Of a stretch of DNA of 64,000 nucleotides, positions 18,992 through 28,851 are shown piece after piece. The DNA is from a virus, in IMG/VR virus record IMGVR_UViG_3300005676_000004; one strand, written 5' to 3'. Position numbers and translations under genes: made by a program. The notes beneath the pieces were generated by a model that had not been told where the DNA came from, did not search any database, and saw only the letters and a program-made list of their open reading frames with translations. Every line of letters starts with the position of its first letter. The stretch's first letter is position 1.

Positions 18992-19980
18992 TTATGGTAG
19001 ATACGAAGATAGTATATGTCACAGGCTGTGCTGGATTTATCGGGTGCACGGTGGCAGAATTATGCCTCAATATGGGATGGTATGTTATTGGTGTTGATAA
19101 GATGACATACGCGTCATCGAATGATGCGGTTAAATATCTACAGCAGTTAGGTGAAGATAGATTTAAGATGCTAACGTGTGACATCAACGACCTAACGTTT
19201 CTGTACGATTGTGATTACATCATCAATTGTGCTGCTGAGACACACGTTGGAAATTCGATAGTAAATTCTGATGAGTTTATTCATTCAAATGTCCGAGGTG
19301 TTCATCACTTGTTAAAATTGCTTCGAGAGTATAGGCAAGAAAACGGCAAGACGCCAACACTACTTCATTTTAGTACTGATGAAGTGTATGGTGATATTCA
19401 GTCTGGATTCCACACTGAATCTGATATGCTTCGACCTTCAAATCCATACTCTGCAACGAAGGCTGCCGCTGATATGCTTATATTGGCTTGGAGTAGAACA
19501 TACGGAATTCCATACGTAATTGTTCGCCCGACAAACAACTATGGGATCGGTCAATATGCTGAGAAGCTAATTCCGAAAGCGGTAAAGTATCTTGGGCTAG
19601 GTAGGAAGATTCCTCTACATAACGGGGGGTCTCCCGTGCGGAGTTGGTTGCACGTGTATGACACTGGAGCTGCAATAATTGAGATAATACTGAATGGTGT
19701 TGTGAACGAAATTTTCAACATATCGGGTGGATTTGAACAGACTAATGAAGAGACTGTTCGTAAAATAATATCATGTTGGAATGACATTCACCGAGACAAT
19801 CCCGATATGATAGTTGAATATGAGTCGGTTGTCGATCTTGGAATACATCGCGAAGGCCAAGATGTTCGATATGCTCTTGATGACTCAAAACTACGTTCTC
19901 TAGGGTGGACCCCAGTCGTTAACTTTGACGACACTATTGGAAGTATAGTGGAATACTACAGTAACAAATTTTTGTGGTAA
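18988..19980 (+). CDS. rfbB: dTDP-glucose 4,6-dehydratase-like SDR
   Basis: VTGCAGFIG, DKMTYA, AAETHV, STDEVYG, PYSATKAA, NNYG and RSWLHV.D. Confidence 0.9.
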   Translation: MIMVDTKIVYVTGCAGFIGCTVAELCLNMGWYVIGVDKMTYASSNDAVKYLQQLGEDRFKMLTCDINDLTFLYDCDYIINCAAETHVGNSIVNSDEFIHSNVRGVHHLLKLLREYRQENGKTPTLLHFSTDEVYGDIQSGFHTESDMLRPSNPYSATKAAADMLILAWSRTYGIPYVIVRPTNNYGIGQYAEKLIPKAVKYLGLGRKIPLHNGGSPVRSWLHVYDTGAAIIEIILNGVVNEIFNISGGFEQTNEETVRKIISCWNDIHRDNPDMIVEYESVVDLGIHREGQDVRYALDDSKLRSLGWTPVVNFDDTIGSIVEYYSNKFLW

Positions 19981-19987
19981 TACGAAA

Positions 19988-20209
19988 ATGAAATCACTAA
20001 CAGATAATACTCCGTTTAGCGGTAGAGCTATCTCATTAACGTTGCGAGTTGAGTTTCTTGATGAGTATATCAAGGAAGATGAGCTACACGTTGAAGTTAT
20101 AGGAGACTCTAGAATTGAACGTGTAAAACTTAATGCAGAGACATTTAAAGGTCGCTCCATTGGTGACGTCATCAATGAGTTGATACAACAACTTAATATT
20201 CGAGCTTAA
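19988..20209 (+). CDS. Hypothetical protein
   Basis: 73 aa; stop overlaps the next start. Confidence 0.55.
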   Translation: MKSLTDNTPFSGRAISLTLRVEFLDEYIKEDELHVEVIGDSRIERVKLNAETFKGRSIGDVINELIQQLNIRA

Positions 20210-22179
20210 TGACGAAAGGTAATAAGATGACAGTCGCAGAAGCAATATTCGCGTTCCTTAAAGGTGCTGGCTTTGAAATTGGATTCACAGTTACGGGTGG
20301 TGGCGCGATGTTCCTTAATGAAGCACATCGAAAATCACAACTCTTGTCGGTACACCATCATCATGAACAAGCTGCGGCAATGGCTGCTGTTGGCTATTCA
20401 AAGTCTACACGGAAGCCGTCATTTGTAGTGTGTACAAGTGGGTGTGGATCAACTAATACGTTGACTGGGGTTCTTGATGCGTATCAAGATGGCGTTCCTG
20501 TCTTGTTTTTATCTGGAAATGCTAACGAACAGCAGTTAACAGAGACCCATATTAAAAACTACCCAACTATGCGAAAGTTAGGAGTTCAAGAAAATGATAT
20601 TAGACCGCTCGTCTTTTCCATTACTAAATGTGCATACACCATTACTTCCGCAGATGTTGGGGGAGAATATCTCGTTGAATTATTACAAATGTCCGTACGC
20701 TCCATGTTTCAGGGTAACCCTGGACCAGTTTGGATAGACGTCCCGTTAAATGTGCAGTCGTTACAAGTTGATACATCAATATTTCCAGAAGGAGATGATC
20801 GCTTCAATAGAGCTGGATTAATGACTAGAGACTCTTGCAATGATGTCAACAGAAGGATATTCAGCAAAGTTCCAGCGCAAAAATTACTTAACGCTATAGA
20901 CAAGATAACGAAATCGAAGAGACCGTTATTTCTAATTGGCAACGGCGCATATCAATGGCTTGAGTCCGCGCCATACAATGAAACTCATTTGAATCCAATT
21001 CCTAAAGTGTTTACGTATTTAACTGCTGGATATAGACGATTGCATGATCCAGATACACCCGGTCTAGGGGTCGTTGGTATAAAGGGAAATCGCGCTGCCA
21101 ACTATGCAATGCAACATTGTGATCTTCTAATAGTATTGGGTTGTTCATTATCTACTCCAGTTACTGGATATGACTTAAGTAAATGGATTCCAAACGCATC
21201 TCTTCTGGTAGTTGATGTCGACGACACCGGAACAAGTAAATATGTTTTCGATAAATGGGTTTCTGACAATATTTCCAACGGTAGAAAACCTGGTAGTGAT
21301 TTTCATGCTGATTTTTTGAGGCAAGATGTTAGTGCATTCATGGATGCCTTGCGTTGCTTTGTGCATCCAGAATTAGAGTTTAATTGGTCTCCGTGGAGAA
21401 AGTGGTGTCACGCGCTTGCACGTGAAATGCATATTGAAAGTGAACCACACACCCCAGAAGACGACGATGATTCAGCTTTGAACATCTATACGTTTTTAAA
21501 TTGGCTGAGTAATACAGTAAACGAAAGAACAGATGGTAAAATAACAACCATAGTATCGGATGCGGGCAGCGCATACTACACAGTTTCACAGGCGTTTGAC
21601 TTCGGCCCATGTACACGATATGTAACATCTGGTGCACAAGCCGATATGGGGTTTGCTATCCCCGCAGCAATCGGCGTCCAAGTCAGGCATTGGCCGAAAA
21701 GTAACGTACACCATACCATGGCTATAACTGGGGATGGGTCAATGCTTACAAATGTCCAAGAGCTTACAGTAGCTGGTGGTATGAATTTACCAATAAAATT
21801 TATTATACTAGATAACAATGGGTATCTATCCATACGAAACACTATGGACAAATTCTTTAATTCAAAATATTTCGGAACTGATTGTAACTCTGGACTAGCA
21901 TTGCCTACTGATTTTAAGTCCATAGCAGACATGGCGTCTCTTGCATATTACGAGGTCAATTTAGAAAATCTGTTTGACGAAGATACACGGCAGATTTTTT
22001 TGAATAATACTCCAGCACTTATAAGAGTACGTTGTCTGCAACAACAAGATATAATACCAACCGTAGCCTCGCGCACTATGGAGAACGGTGAAGTTGTATC
22101 TCAACCACTAGAAAATATGTATCCGTTCCTAGATACTATGCCGTCAATGTATGTACCACAAATTCCATCAAATGTTTAA
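20209..22179 (+). CDS. ThDP-dependent acetolactate-synthase-like enzyme (YerE-like by context)
   Basis: HHEQAAAMAA, TSGCGSTN, SGNAN, GPVWIDVP.NVQ, and ThDP motif GDGS...DNNGY. Confidence 0.9.
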   Translation: MTKGNKMTVAEAIFAFLKGAGFEIGFTVTGGGAMFLNEAHRKSQLLSVHHHHEQAAAMAAVGYSKSTRKPSFVVCTSGCGSTNTLTGVLDAYQDGVPVLFLSGNANEQQLTETHIKNYPTMRKLGVQENDIRPLVFSITKCAYTITSADVGGEYLVELLQMSVRSMFQGNPGPVWIDVPLNVQSLQVDTSIFPEGDDRFNRAGLMTRDSCNDVNRRIFSKVPAQKLLNAIDKITKSKRPLFLIGNGAYQWLESAPYNETHLNPIPKVFTYLTAGYRRLHDPDTPGLGVVGIKGNRAANYAMQHCDLLIVLGCSLSTPVTGYDLSKWIPNASLLVVDVDDTGTSKYVFDKWVSDNISNGRKPGSDFHADFLRQDVSAFMDALRCFVHPELEFNWSPWRKWCHALAREMHIESEPHTPEDDDDSALNIYTFLNWLSNTVNERTDGKITTIVSDAGSAYYTVSQAFDFGPCTRYVTSGAQADMGFAIPAAIGVQVRHWPKSNVHHTMAITGDGSMLTNVQELTVAGGMNLPIKFIILDNNGYLSIRNTMDKFFNSKYFGTDCNSGLALPTDFKSIADMASLAYYEVNLENLFDEDTRQIFLNNTPALIRVRCLQQQDIIPTVASRTMENGEVVSQPLENMYPFLDTMPSMYVPQIPSNV

Positions 22180-22192
22180 GGATAACAAAATC

Positions 22193-23215
22193 ATGGGAAA
22201 CTCAGAAATTAGAATTCAAGATGGTAGAACACATTTTGATGTTCAGAAACAAGTAAAGAAGAAGAAAACAATCACTGAGCTTCGTGAGATGCGACGTAAC
22301 GCTAGACCTATAACATGGATAACTGCGTACTCGTATCCAACTGCAACGGTTGCCGAGAGAGCAGACATTGATATGATCCTCGTTGGAGACTCAGGTGGAA
22401 TGGTTGAGCTAGGGTACAAGAGCACAAATCCAGTTACTATGGATGAGATGATTAGTATGTGTAAAGCCGTACGACGCGGCGCACCTAAAACATTTGTAGT
22501 CGGAGATATGCCTCAGGGGTCGTATGAGATTTCCGATGAAGATGCCGTTACAAACGCTCTTAGATTTATTAAAGAAGGTGATTGTGACGCTGTTAAATTG
22601 GAAGGCGGTGAGAGAGTTGCATCTCGTGTAAAGGCAATCCACAATGCTGGAATAATTGTTGTTGGACACTTGGGGCTAACTCCGCAGTCTGCACAATCAT
22701 TTGGGGGTTATCGAGTACAAGGACGGACAGTTGATGAGGTAAAGCAAATTAGACGCGATATGCGTTCACTTGAAGATAGCGGGGCAAGTATCATTCTCAT
22801 TGAAGCTACTCCATCTGCATGTGGTGTATATCTTTCGTTAGCAGCTCGTCCCGATACGATCGTCATGGGGATTGGGGCTGGTAGGGGGGTTCATGGGCAA
22901 CTAGCAATTTTTCATGATGTTGTTGGATTTTATCCAGACTTTAAACCGAAATTTATAAAGTCATTTATTCCCGACGTTATTGGACATTTCAATGATTGCG
23001 TAAAGATGGCTGAAAATACTAGGTTAGTTAATGATGCAGTAATTCCTGGGTTTGACGGTGTTTTGATGTTAACAACTTTAGCTGTTCGCGAATATGGCAA
23101 CCAAGTACGAAACAAGGCATTTCCATCTAATGAATACATCTATTCAAACAACGATGCCAATGAGGAAAGTATTATGGAACTGTGTAATCAGTTACCTGTG
23201 GCTCTACGTCTATGA
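22193..23215 (+). CDS. panB: Ketopantoate hydroxymethyltransferase-like protein
   Basis: ITAYSYP, ILVGDS, VGDMP, VKLEGG, GHLGLTPQS and IGAG; AAGGA RBS before ATG 22193. Confidence 0.9.
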   Translation: MGNSEIRIQDGRTHFDVQKQVKKKKTITELREMRRNARPITWITAYSYPTATVAERADIDMILVGDSGGMVELGYKSTNPVTMDEMISMCKAVRRGAPKTFVVGDMPQGSYEISDEDAVTNALRFIKEGDCDAVKLEGGERVASRVKAIHNAGIIVVGHLGLTPQSAQSFGGYRVQGRTVDEVKQIRRDMRSLEDSGASIILIEATPSACGVYLSLAARPDTIVMGIGAGRGVHGQLAIFHDVVGFYPDFKPKFIKSFIPDVIGHFNDCVKMAENTRLVNDAVIPGFDGVLMLTTLAVREYGNQVRNKAFPSNEYIYSNNDANEESIMELCNQLPVALRL

Positions 23216-24159
23216 TAATCGTAACTGGTGTGCGTGGCTACCTCGGTTCTCTTGTCTACGAGAAGCTAAAAAAAGATGGAAAACATACCGTTGTTGGTAT
23301 AAGTAGACAAGATGTTGACTTAGAAGACAATTACGAGGTATTGAAATTCTTTACAGCTCAAAATGACATTGAGAGAATTGAAACAGTGATTCACTGTGCA
23401 TCTGCTGGTAACTCCGTAACACCAACAGATGACTTCTCAATTATTCCAGCAAATGTTAAGATGATGCAAAACATTTTATCTTCTATAGACACATCTAATG
23501 TTAGATTCATCTTACCATCTTCTGGAGCTATGAGAAATCGGAGTTTCGCATTTCACATTGATGTGGAAGAATACTTACGTGTTCCAACTGATGCCTATGG
23601 GTTATCAAAATATTTGTGTTGGCAAATGGCAGTCAATTTACCGAATTTTCTAGGTATTGTTATCTATGGTTTGTTCGGGGACACCGAACCAGAGTATAGG
23701 TTCTTTAAGTCAGTTATAACAAACGCACTACGGGGCGATCCTATCTATGTTTATGACGCAACTAGCATTATGGACTTTGAGTATACACCGAATCTTGTAA
23801 ATTTTATAAGTGATGTTGCGGTTGATAATAGTTGGCAGGGAAAAGTTGAGGTATTCCGACCTGAGAGAGATTCTCTGTATGGACATGCCATTTGTATATC
23901 TGAAAAATGTTACGCATACAAACAGAAACTCATCAATAGCGGCGTATTAATAGAATCTAACCCATACTATGCTACTGGCGTAAGTTCTGTGAACTTCAGT
24001 GACAAATATAAACCGAAATTCAAGTCGTCGTATATTGCACAACGTAATGTATCTTTGCGTAACAGTATGTTAGGTGGGGCGAAACTTTTATCACTTGAAG
24101 AAGGAATTGATGAGATGATATGTAAACTTGCACCAACCATACTAGGAGTAGAAATATGA
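23212..24159 (+). CDS. NAD-dependent epimerase/dehydratase/reductase (extended SDR)
   Basis: IVTGVRGYLG, HCAS, SSGA, YGLSK (YxxxK) and YGLFG. Confidence 0.85.
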   Translation: MIIVTGVRGYLGSLVYEKLKKDGKHTVVGISRQDVDLEDNYEVLKFFTAQNDIERIETVIHCASAGNSVTPTDDFSIIPANVKMMQNILSSIDTSNVRFILPSSGAMRNRSFAFHIDVEEYLRVPTDAYGLSKYLCWQMAVNLPNFLGIVIYGLFGDTEPEYRFFKSVITNALRGDPIYVYDATSIMDFEYTPNLVNFISDVAVDNSWQGKVEVFRPERDSLYGHAICISEKCYAYKQKLINSGVLIESNPYYATGVSSVNFSDKYKPKFKSSYIAQRNVSLRNSMLGGAKLLSLEEGIDEMICKLAPTILGVEI

Positions 24160-25658
24160 TTCAACCTATAAGTTTTTGTATACCAGTAACTGATACCGAA
24201 ATTGAGTATCTTGAGTTGCTTTTAACTTCGTTGGAGAAATCAACGAAGGCAGATATGCATGAAGTAATTGTCTTCGTTGATTCAGTCCATCCAGACCCTA
24301 TTGTAGATATGTTGCGACAACGGAAGAACCTATTTTCGTCGTTTGTAATCATGACTCTAGGTAGTAGTATTCCCCATGCAATTGGATTGCAACAAAATAT
24401 GTCATTAATGGTGGATGACTGCAAAAATAGTATCTTCTGCCATCTACAATCAGATATGGTAGCTTCGCCTGGAATTGATGAAGTAATAACTAGATATTTG
24501 TATGAAGGAGAAGATACGTCAACACCTCATCTGAATAGAGTGGTGTCTCTTACACGGATAGAACCACCATTGCATCCACCAAGCCCCGAAAAGATAACTC
24601 ACGACTTTGGGAAAAATCCATCTGAGTTTAATAATTTGGGATGGGATTCCTTTGTGTCATTCGTTGATAATACTAAAGTTGCTAAGATAGCCAAAGAAGG
24701 GAAGAAGGAACTACTTGATCAATTTTTCTCTCCATTTGCGATGTTTAAGCAATCATACATTGACGTCGGGGGTTTCGATACTATATTCTTATGCTCACGG
24801 GAAGATTCTGACTTCATAGTTCGGCTTCATTCCCTTAACTATGAGCTAATACAGCCACTAGAGGCAATGGTGTATCATTTTACATGTGTTGCTTCGCGAG
24901 GAGTGAATTGGTTTGATAACGAGAGTGAAGACAACCCGTCTAACCCATCAAGCATATACCAGTGGGCAGATATGGCGGAGGTTCGTCGTTTTATTCGAAA
25001 ATGGGGAACATTTGCTCATAATATTGAATACACATCATTTTCACAGTTGCGTATTATACTTGATTCCGACGTAACTCCTATGGTGATTGACGCCCTCCTA
25101 GATATAGAGCCGTATTTCTACAATATTCAGATAGAAGGCCCACACTCTCAGTTCTTAGCACATTTTCTTAACGCTACATGTCAATTTAATTCGGAGTACT
25201 ATACTGCTCAAAAGAGAAAGAGAGACGTGAATTTGGGGTTCTATTATGGTTTTAGATTCAATAGTGTTTATCCTAACGTAGAACATAAACGTTTACCCCT
25301 TCTAAATTCAGAGTTGACGTTACCAGTTTCTGTATTGAAGAAGGTTATTAGTAGTAATCATATACGAGATTTTTATGAATCTGTCGGCACACTCCATTTA
25401 TTACCGAAGACGCATGAGCCTGGAGTATATGACATACAGATAGTTCCGAACTCTAAGATACCAAGTGTGCAATTGAATATTTTATCAACTGAAAATAGAA
25501 TTCCTTTTATCGTAAATCGTGATCGCGATACGGTATACGATGGAATTGGTAGTATATTCAATACTGTAATTCGAAGATATGAAAAAGATCATACACTGTC
25601 GGAATCATCAGAAGAATATGCAAATGTTATAGTTTCTTCGGCATATAACGACTGTTAG
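24156..25658 (+). CDS. Glycosyltransferase family 2 with C-terminal extension
   Basis: ISFCIP, CHLQSDM, RIEPPLHP, GGFDTIF..SREDSD and VYHFTC. Confidence 0.85.
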   Translation: MIQPISFCIPVTDTEIEYLELLLTSLEKSTKADMHEVIVFVDSVHPDPIVDMLRQRKNLFSSFVIMTLGSSIPHAIGLQQNMSLMVDDCKNSIFCHLQSDMVASPGIDEVITRYLYEGEDTSTPHLNRVVSLTRIEPPLHPPSPEKITHDFGKNPSEFNNLGWDSFVSFVDNTKVAKIAKEGKKELLDQFFSPFAMFKQSYIDVGGFDTIFLCSREDSDFIVRLHSLNYELIQPLEAMVYHFTCVASRGVNWFDNESEDNPSNPSSIYQWADMAEVRRFIRKWGTFAHNIEYTSFSQLRIILDSDVTPMVIDALLDIEPYFYNIQIEGPHSQFLAHFLNATCQFNSEYYTAQKRKRDVNLGFYYGFRFNSVYPNVEHKRLPLLNSELTLPVSVLKKVISSNHIRDFYESVGTLHLLPKTHEPGVYDIQIVPNSKIPSVQLNILSTENRIPFIVNRDRDTVYDGIGSIFNTVIRRYEKDHTLSESSEEYANVIVSSAYNDC

Positions 25659-25689
25659 ATACAGTGCTTTTAGCAAATACGCTGATATT

Positions 25690-25698
25690 TATTTATAG
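25690..25698 (+). promoter_or_regulatory. TATTTATAG putative late promoter
   Basis: Exact 9-mer also found intergenically at 32247, 36802 and 42815(-), always upstream of a co-oriented gene. Confidence 0.6.
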
Positions 25699-25732
25699 TG
25701 TAAGATTGTATGTTAAATTTATGTAGGCAAAC

Positions 25733-25927
25733 GTGATGAATACCGACGACAATACCAAAGAATCCGAAGGTTTGGGTGACACTATTGCAAAATTGTCTGA
25801 AATATTAGGAATAGACAAACTCGCAGACGGTGTAGCAAAGACTATGGGAAAGTCTGACTGTGGATGTAACAAACGCAGGAAGAAACTCAACGAGTTGTTT
25901 CCGTACAAACCTAAGAACAAGAAATAA
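25733..25927 (+). CDS. Small conserved phage protein (GLGD...CGC..RR..LN)
   Basis: SEGLGDTIAK...DCGCNKRRKKLNELFPY. Confidence 0.75.
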   Translation: MMNTDDNTKESEGLGDTIAKLSEILGIDKLADGVAKTMGKSDCGCNKRRKKLNELFPYKPKNKK

Positions 25928-25942
25928 GTTCTAGAGACATGG

Positions 25943-26389
25943 ATGCAACCACGCAATACGTTTGAACATAGTCAAATTTCTAGTATAACAAATCCAGCGG
26001 CATCTGGTGTACTAGTATTTTGTGAACCATCTAAAGAATTTCTTTTAGTAAAGCGACATCCTAGGGCAAAGGCATACGCTAACACGTGGGCTATACCGGC
26101 GGGAGAAATTAACGTTGAGATATTAGAGTCTGTGGACAATTGTGCTCGAAGGGAATTTGAAGAAGAGACCACCGTCACGATACCAGATTCAGTACAACTA
26201 TGGTGTATTGATCGGTATCTCACTGATGACAATCGCGTGTTCTTTCTCTTCCTGTGGAAAGTCCAAAAGAAGTTTTTTGTTCGTATAAACAGTGAGCATA
26301 CCGAAGTTGGTTGGTTTTCGGGTGATAATTTACCTGAACCAATTACAGATCAAGTTAAGGATGCTATTCATCGGGTGTTGTCGCTATGA
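25943..26389 (+). CDS. NUDIX hydrolase
   Basis: Nudix box variant AGE...ESVDNCARREFEEET; FLLVKR and EHTEVGWF. Confidence 0.9.
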   Translation: MQPRNTFEHSQISSITNPAASGVLVFCEPSKEFLLVKRHPRAKAYANTWAIPAGEINVEILESVDNCARREFEEETTVTIPDSVQLWCIDRYLTDDNRVFFLFLWKVQKKFFVRINSEHTEVGWFSGDNLPEPITDQVKDAIHRVLSL

Positions 26390-26739
26390 AAATACAAGAA
26401 ATTAAAGATGCTGATTATGTGATTAGTTTATTACGCGAAGCGTTATATAGACATCGCCAAATAACATACACTACGAAAGATAGTGATCGACTCCACTCAA
26501 AAGTAAGAGAACCTCTTACAGACAAAGAGAGAGAAGAGCGATACGAGAAGATGAAGACCCAGATGGATAGAAGAAATCTCAAGACTACGGGGGTTGATCC
26601 TACGTTAGACAGATATTTAGATATGGATACGCACGTGGATCGTGCATCCTATATGACAGACCCCGACGACGAGCAAGAAAATAGTGACATTGAGGCACAA
26701 TTTGCCGATGTTGAGGATATTAGCAAACTATTTATGTAA
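26386..26739 (+). CDS. Hypothetical protein (candidate head-internal)
   Basis: ATGA overlap; charged; N-terminal ...ISLLRE. Confidence 0.65.
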   Translation: MKIQEIKDADYVISLLREALYRHRQITYTTKDSDRLHSKVREPLTDKEREERYEKMKTQMDRRNLKTTGVDPTLDRYLDMDTHVDRASYMTDPDDEQENSDIEAQFADVEDISKLFM

Positions 26740-26766
26740 TAAGGTAAACTTTTTACGGAGATATAC

Positions 26767-27858
26767 ATGTCGACCTCAAAGTCTAAGACGAAAACAACAC
26801 CAAACAAGAAACAAAAAGTAGTTTCTAAGATCATACGTGAGGAAGTTCAGCGAGAAGTGGCTAAACGAGCTATAACTCGGAAGCTAGATACCGAACTTCA
26901 AGAGCTTAGAGAGGTTTTCTCTGCCGCAGAAGCTCTTCGTGAAGCGAAGACGGCAAACGGTAAAAAGTTAGCAGCGAAGAAGCTACCAATTCTTGAGCGT
27001 AAGATTTCGCACATTAAGAAGAATATCATGAATCTACGCGAGATGCACCACGAGATTGAGATGTCCGATGACGTATCTTCTGTTATAGAACCGACGATGA
27101 GTCCCGATGTGAGTGGTGCGGAAGACCCGATGGACTTTGATGTGTATGAGTGTTTAATTGATACTATTGAAGCGGCTAAGACTCTTTACATGGAAATTGA
27201 GTTAGATGCTCCGATTGATTCCCTCATTCTACAGTCTATAAAGAATGCTAACGCTGAGATTAACATTGCACTTGATACTTTCTCACGTGCAGAGGCTAGT
27301 TTAGAGATTGATACTAATCAAGATGCAAGTGATAGGTATCTCTACCCAAACGGTAACGACGCCGAAGACTATGGTGATGATGATGATTTTTATGATGATG
27401 ACGACGATGACGATTGTGATGAATGTAATGAGAGTAAAAAGAGTCGGGTGAATAAAAAAGTAGTTGAAGCTGTAAATAAGCCTGTTTTTACTGAAAAGAA
27501 TGTTAAGAGTATAATGAATAAGTTATCAAGTACATTTCTTACAATTCCTCCACATCCGATGCGCCATGCTGACGCGGATGTTATGCGAGTGGAGTTAGGA
27601 AGTGAGAAGGTAGATGATAAATTAGCGTTAGATATTACAGTATCTGGCTCTATAAAAGGTAAAGTTGGTAAGACTCCAACCGAGGTAGTATTTAGATGGC
27701 TTGATGACGGAACGTTTACATTGTATCATCATGAATATCCAGGCCCTGGTAATCCTCCAAAGTTACAACCAAAAGTCGTTACGTCCTTAGAACAAGTTCG
27801 GCAAACAATTATATCGTATATGAAGACGTATTATGATAATGTTAAAAAAACTAATTGA
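26767..27858 (+). CDS. Coiled-coil/acidic protein with C-terminal domain paralogous to 27833..28318
   Basis: Basic N-terminus, heptads, poly-Asp tract, and C-terminal FRWLDDGTF...YPG...YMKTYY. Confidence 0.75.
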   Translation: MSTSKSKTKTTPNKKQKVVSKIIREEVQREVAKRAITRKLDTELQELREVFSAAEALREAKTANGKKLAAKKLPILERKISHIKKNIMNLREMHHEIEMSDDVSSVIEPTMSPDVSGAEDPMDFDVYECLIDTIEAAKTLYMEIELDAPIDSLILQSIKNANAEINIALDTFSRAEASLEIDTNQDASDRYLYPNGNDAEDYGDDDDFYDDDDDDDCDECNESKKSRVNKKVVEAVNKPVFTEKNVKSIMNKLSSTFLTIPPHPMRHADADVMRVELGSEKVDDKLALDITVSGSIKGKVGKTPTEVVFRWLDDGTFTLYHHEYPGPGNPPKLQPKVVTSLEQVRQTIISYMKTYYDNVKKTN

Positions 27859-28318
27859 ATCTACTAGTCAAACAGTTTTTACTGATAAAGACATCGACAG
27901 CATCATTCGAAAAATTGATGGTACGGGTACTGTTCAACACAAAGGTGCATTGAACGGGGAATGGTCGTTCCATCTAACTGTAGATAATCGAGATAAAGAT
28001 TCTTATCAGTTTGCGGGTGGAGATGAATATGATGGCTACTCCGAAGATGGTAAATTATTCATAGACATTGCTGTTAGTGGTAATGTTGCACGAAAATCTA
28101 GGACTAAAGGTAATGAACATAGTCCATTCTCCCCTGTGATCTTTAGATGGGTTGAGGATGGAACATTCAAGTTGGTGTATGATGAATATCCAGGTTCGGG
28201 TGGTGCTCCTAAATTTCAACAGAGAAAGATTACAAATGTTGAAGAAATTATAACAGTAATAAAAGTGTATATGAAAGAATATTACAATAAAGCTGTTAAG
28301 GATTTCAAATTAATGTGA
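27833..28318 (+). CDS. Hypothetical protein (candidate head-internal)
   Basis: N-terminus MIMLKKLIE; FRWVEDGTF...YPG...YMKEYY. Confidence 0.75.
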   Translation: MIMLKKLIESTSQTVFTDKDIDSIIRKIDGTGTVQHKGALNGEWSFHLTVDNRDKDSYQFAGGDEYDGYSEDGKLFIDIAVSGNVARKSRTKGNEHSPFSPVIFRWVEDGTFKLVYDEYPGSGGAPKFQQRKITNVEEIITVIKVYMKEYYNKAVKDFKLM

Positions 28319-28560
28319 ACGAGGCAAATATGACAAGTTTCAACATTCCGTTTATGTTTGATTGTGGTGCGGTGAGAGGTATGCCTTTCATTTTCTCAAT
28401 GGAAGGCCGGATTTTGGGCTTGACGGAAGACGACATTAACAACTATAGAGAAGAGAATGCACTTTCCGATGATAATATCAAGACAATAGCATACGCATTT
28501 CTCGCAAAGCAGGGGTTTGCTGACTTTTCTAGTACAATATTGACTGAGGTGGTTTCGTAA
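28315..28560 (+). CDS. Hypothetical protein
   Basis: Overlaps neighbours within the operon. Confidence 0.55.
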   Translation: MNEANMTSFNIPFMFDCGAVRGMPFIFSMEGRILGLTEDDINNYREENALSDDNIKTIAYAFLAKQGFADFSSTILTEVVS

Positions 28561-28844
28561 TGAATTTTGATACACGCACCGTCCTAGACATAATCTATCT
28601 AGACGGTAAATTAGCCAAGCAGCTTGAGACTCTCATCACAGAAGAACGTTATCTGTGGACGAAGACTGGAAAGAGTAGTCCGAACCAGTTTATCAAGACT
28701 ATTATACCAGTAGTCAAAGATGAGCTTCGGATAACGTTACTAGCGTCTCTTGCTAACATGAAGATGCCGTTTATATCGGGGTTTATTGATTTTGATAAAG
28801 TAGATTACTATCAATTGATACCAACAATAGCTCAGATAACGTAG
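28560..28844 (+). CDS. Hypothetical protein
   Basis: Stop/start overlap with the previous gene. Confidence 0.6.
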   Translation: MNFDTRTVLDIIYLDGKLAKQLETLITEERYLWTKTGKSSPNQFIKTIIPVVKDELRITLLASLANMKMPFISGFIDFDKVDYYQLIPTIAQIT

Positions 28845-28851
28845 AAAACGC

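Noticed and set aside
20209-23215. ilvB and panB as plain branched-chain amino acid or pantothenate AMGs
   Set aside because: No ilvH/ilvC/ilvD or panC/panD/panE nearby, and both genes are embedded among sugar genes; a sugar role is preferred, though not proven.
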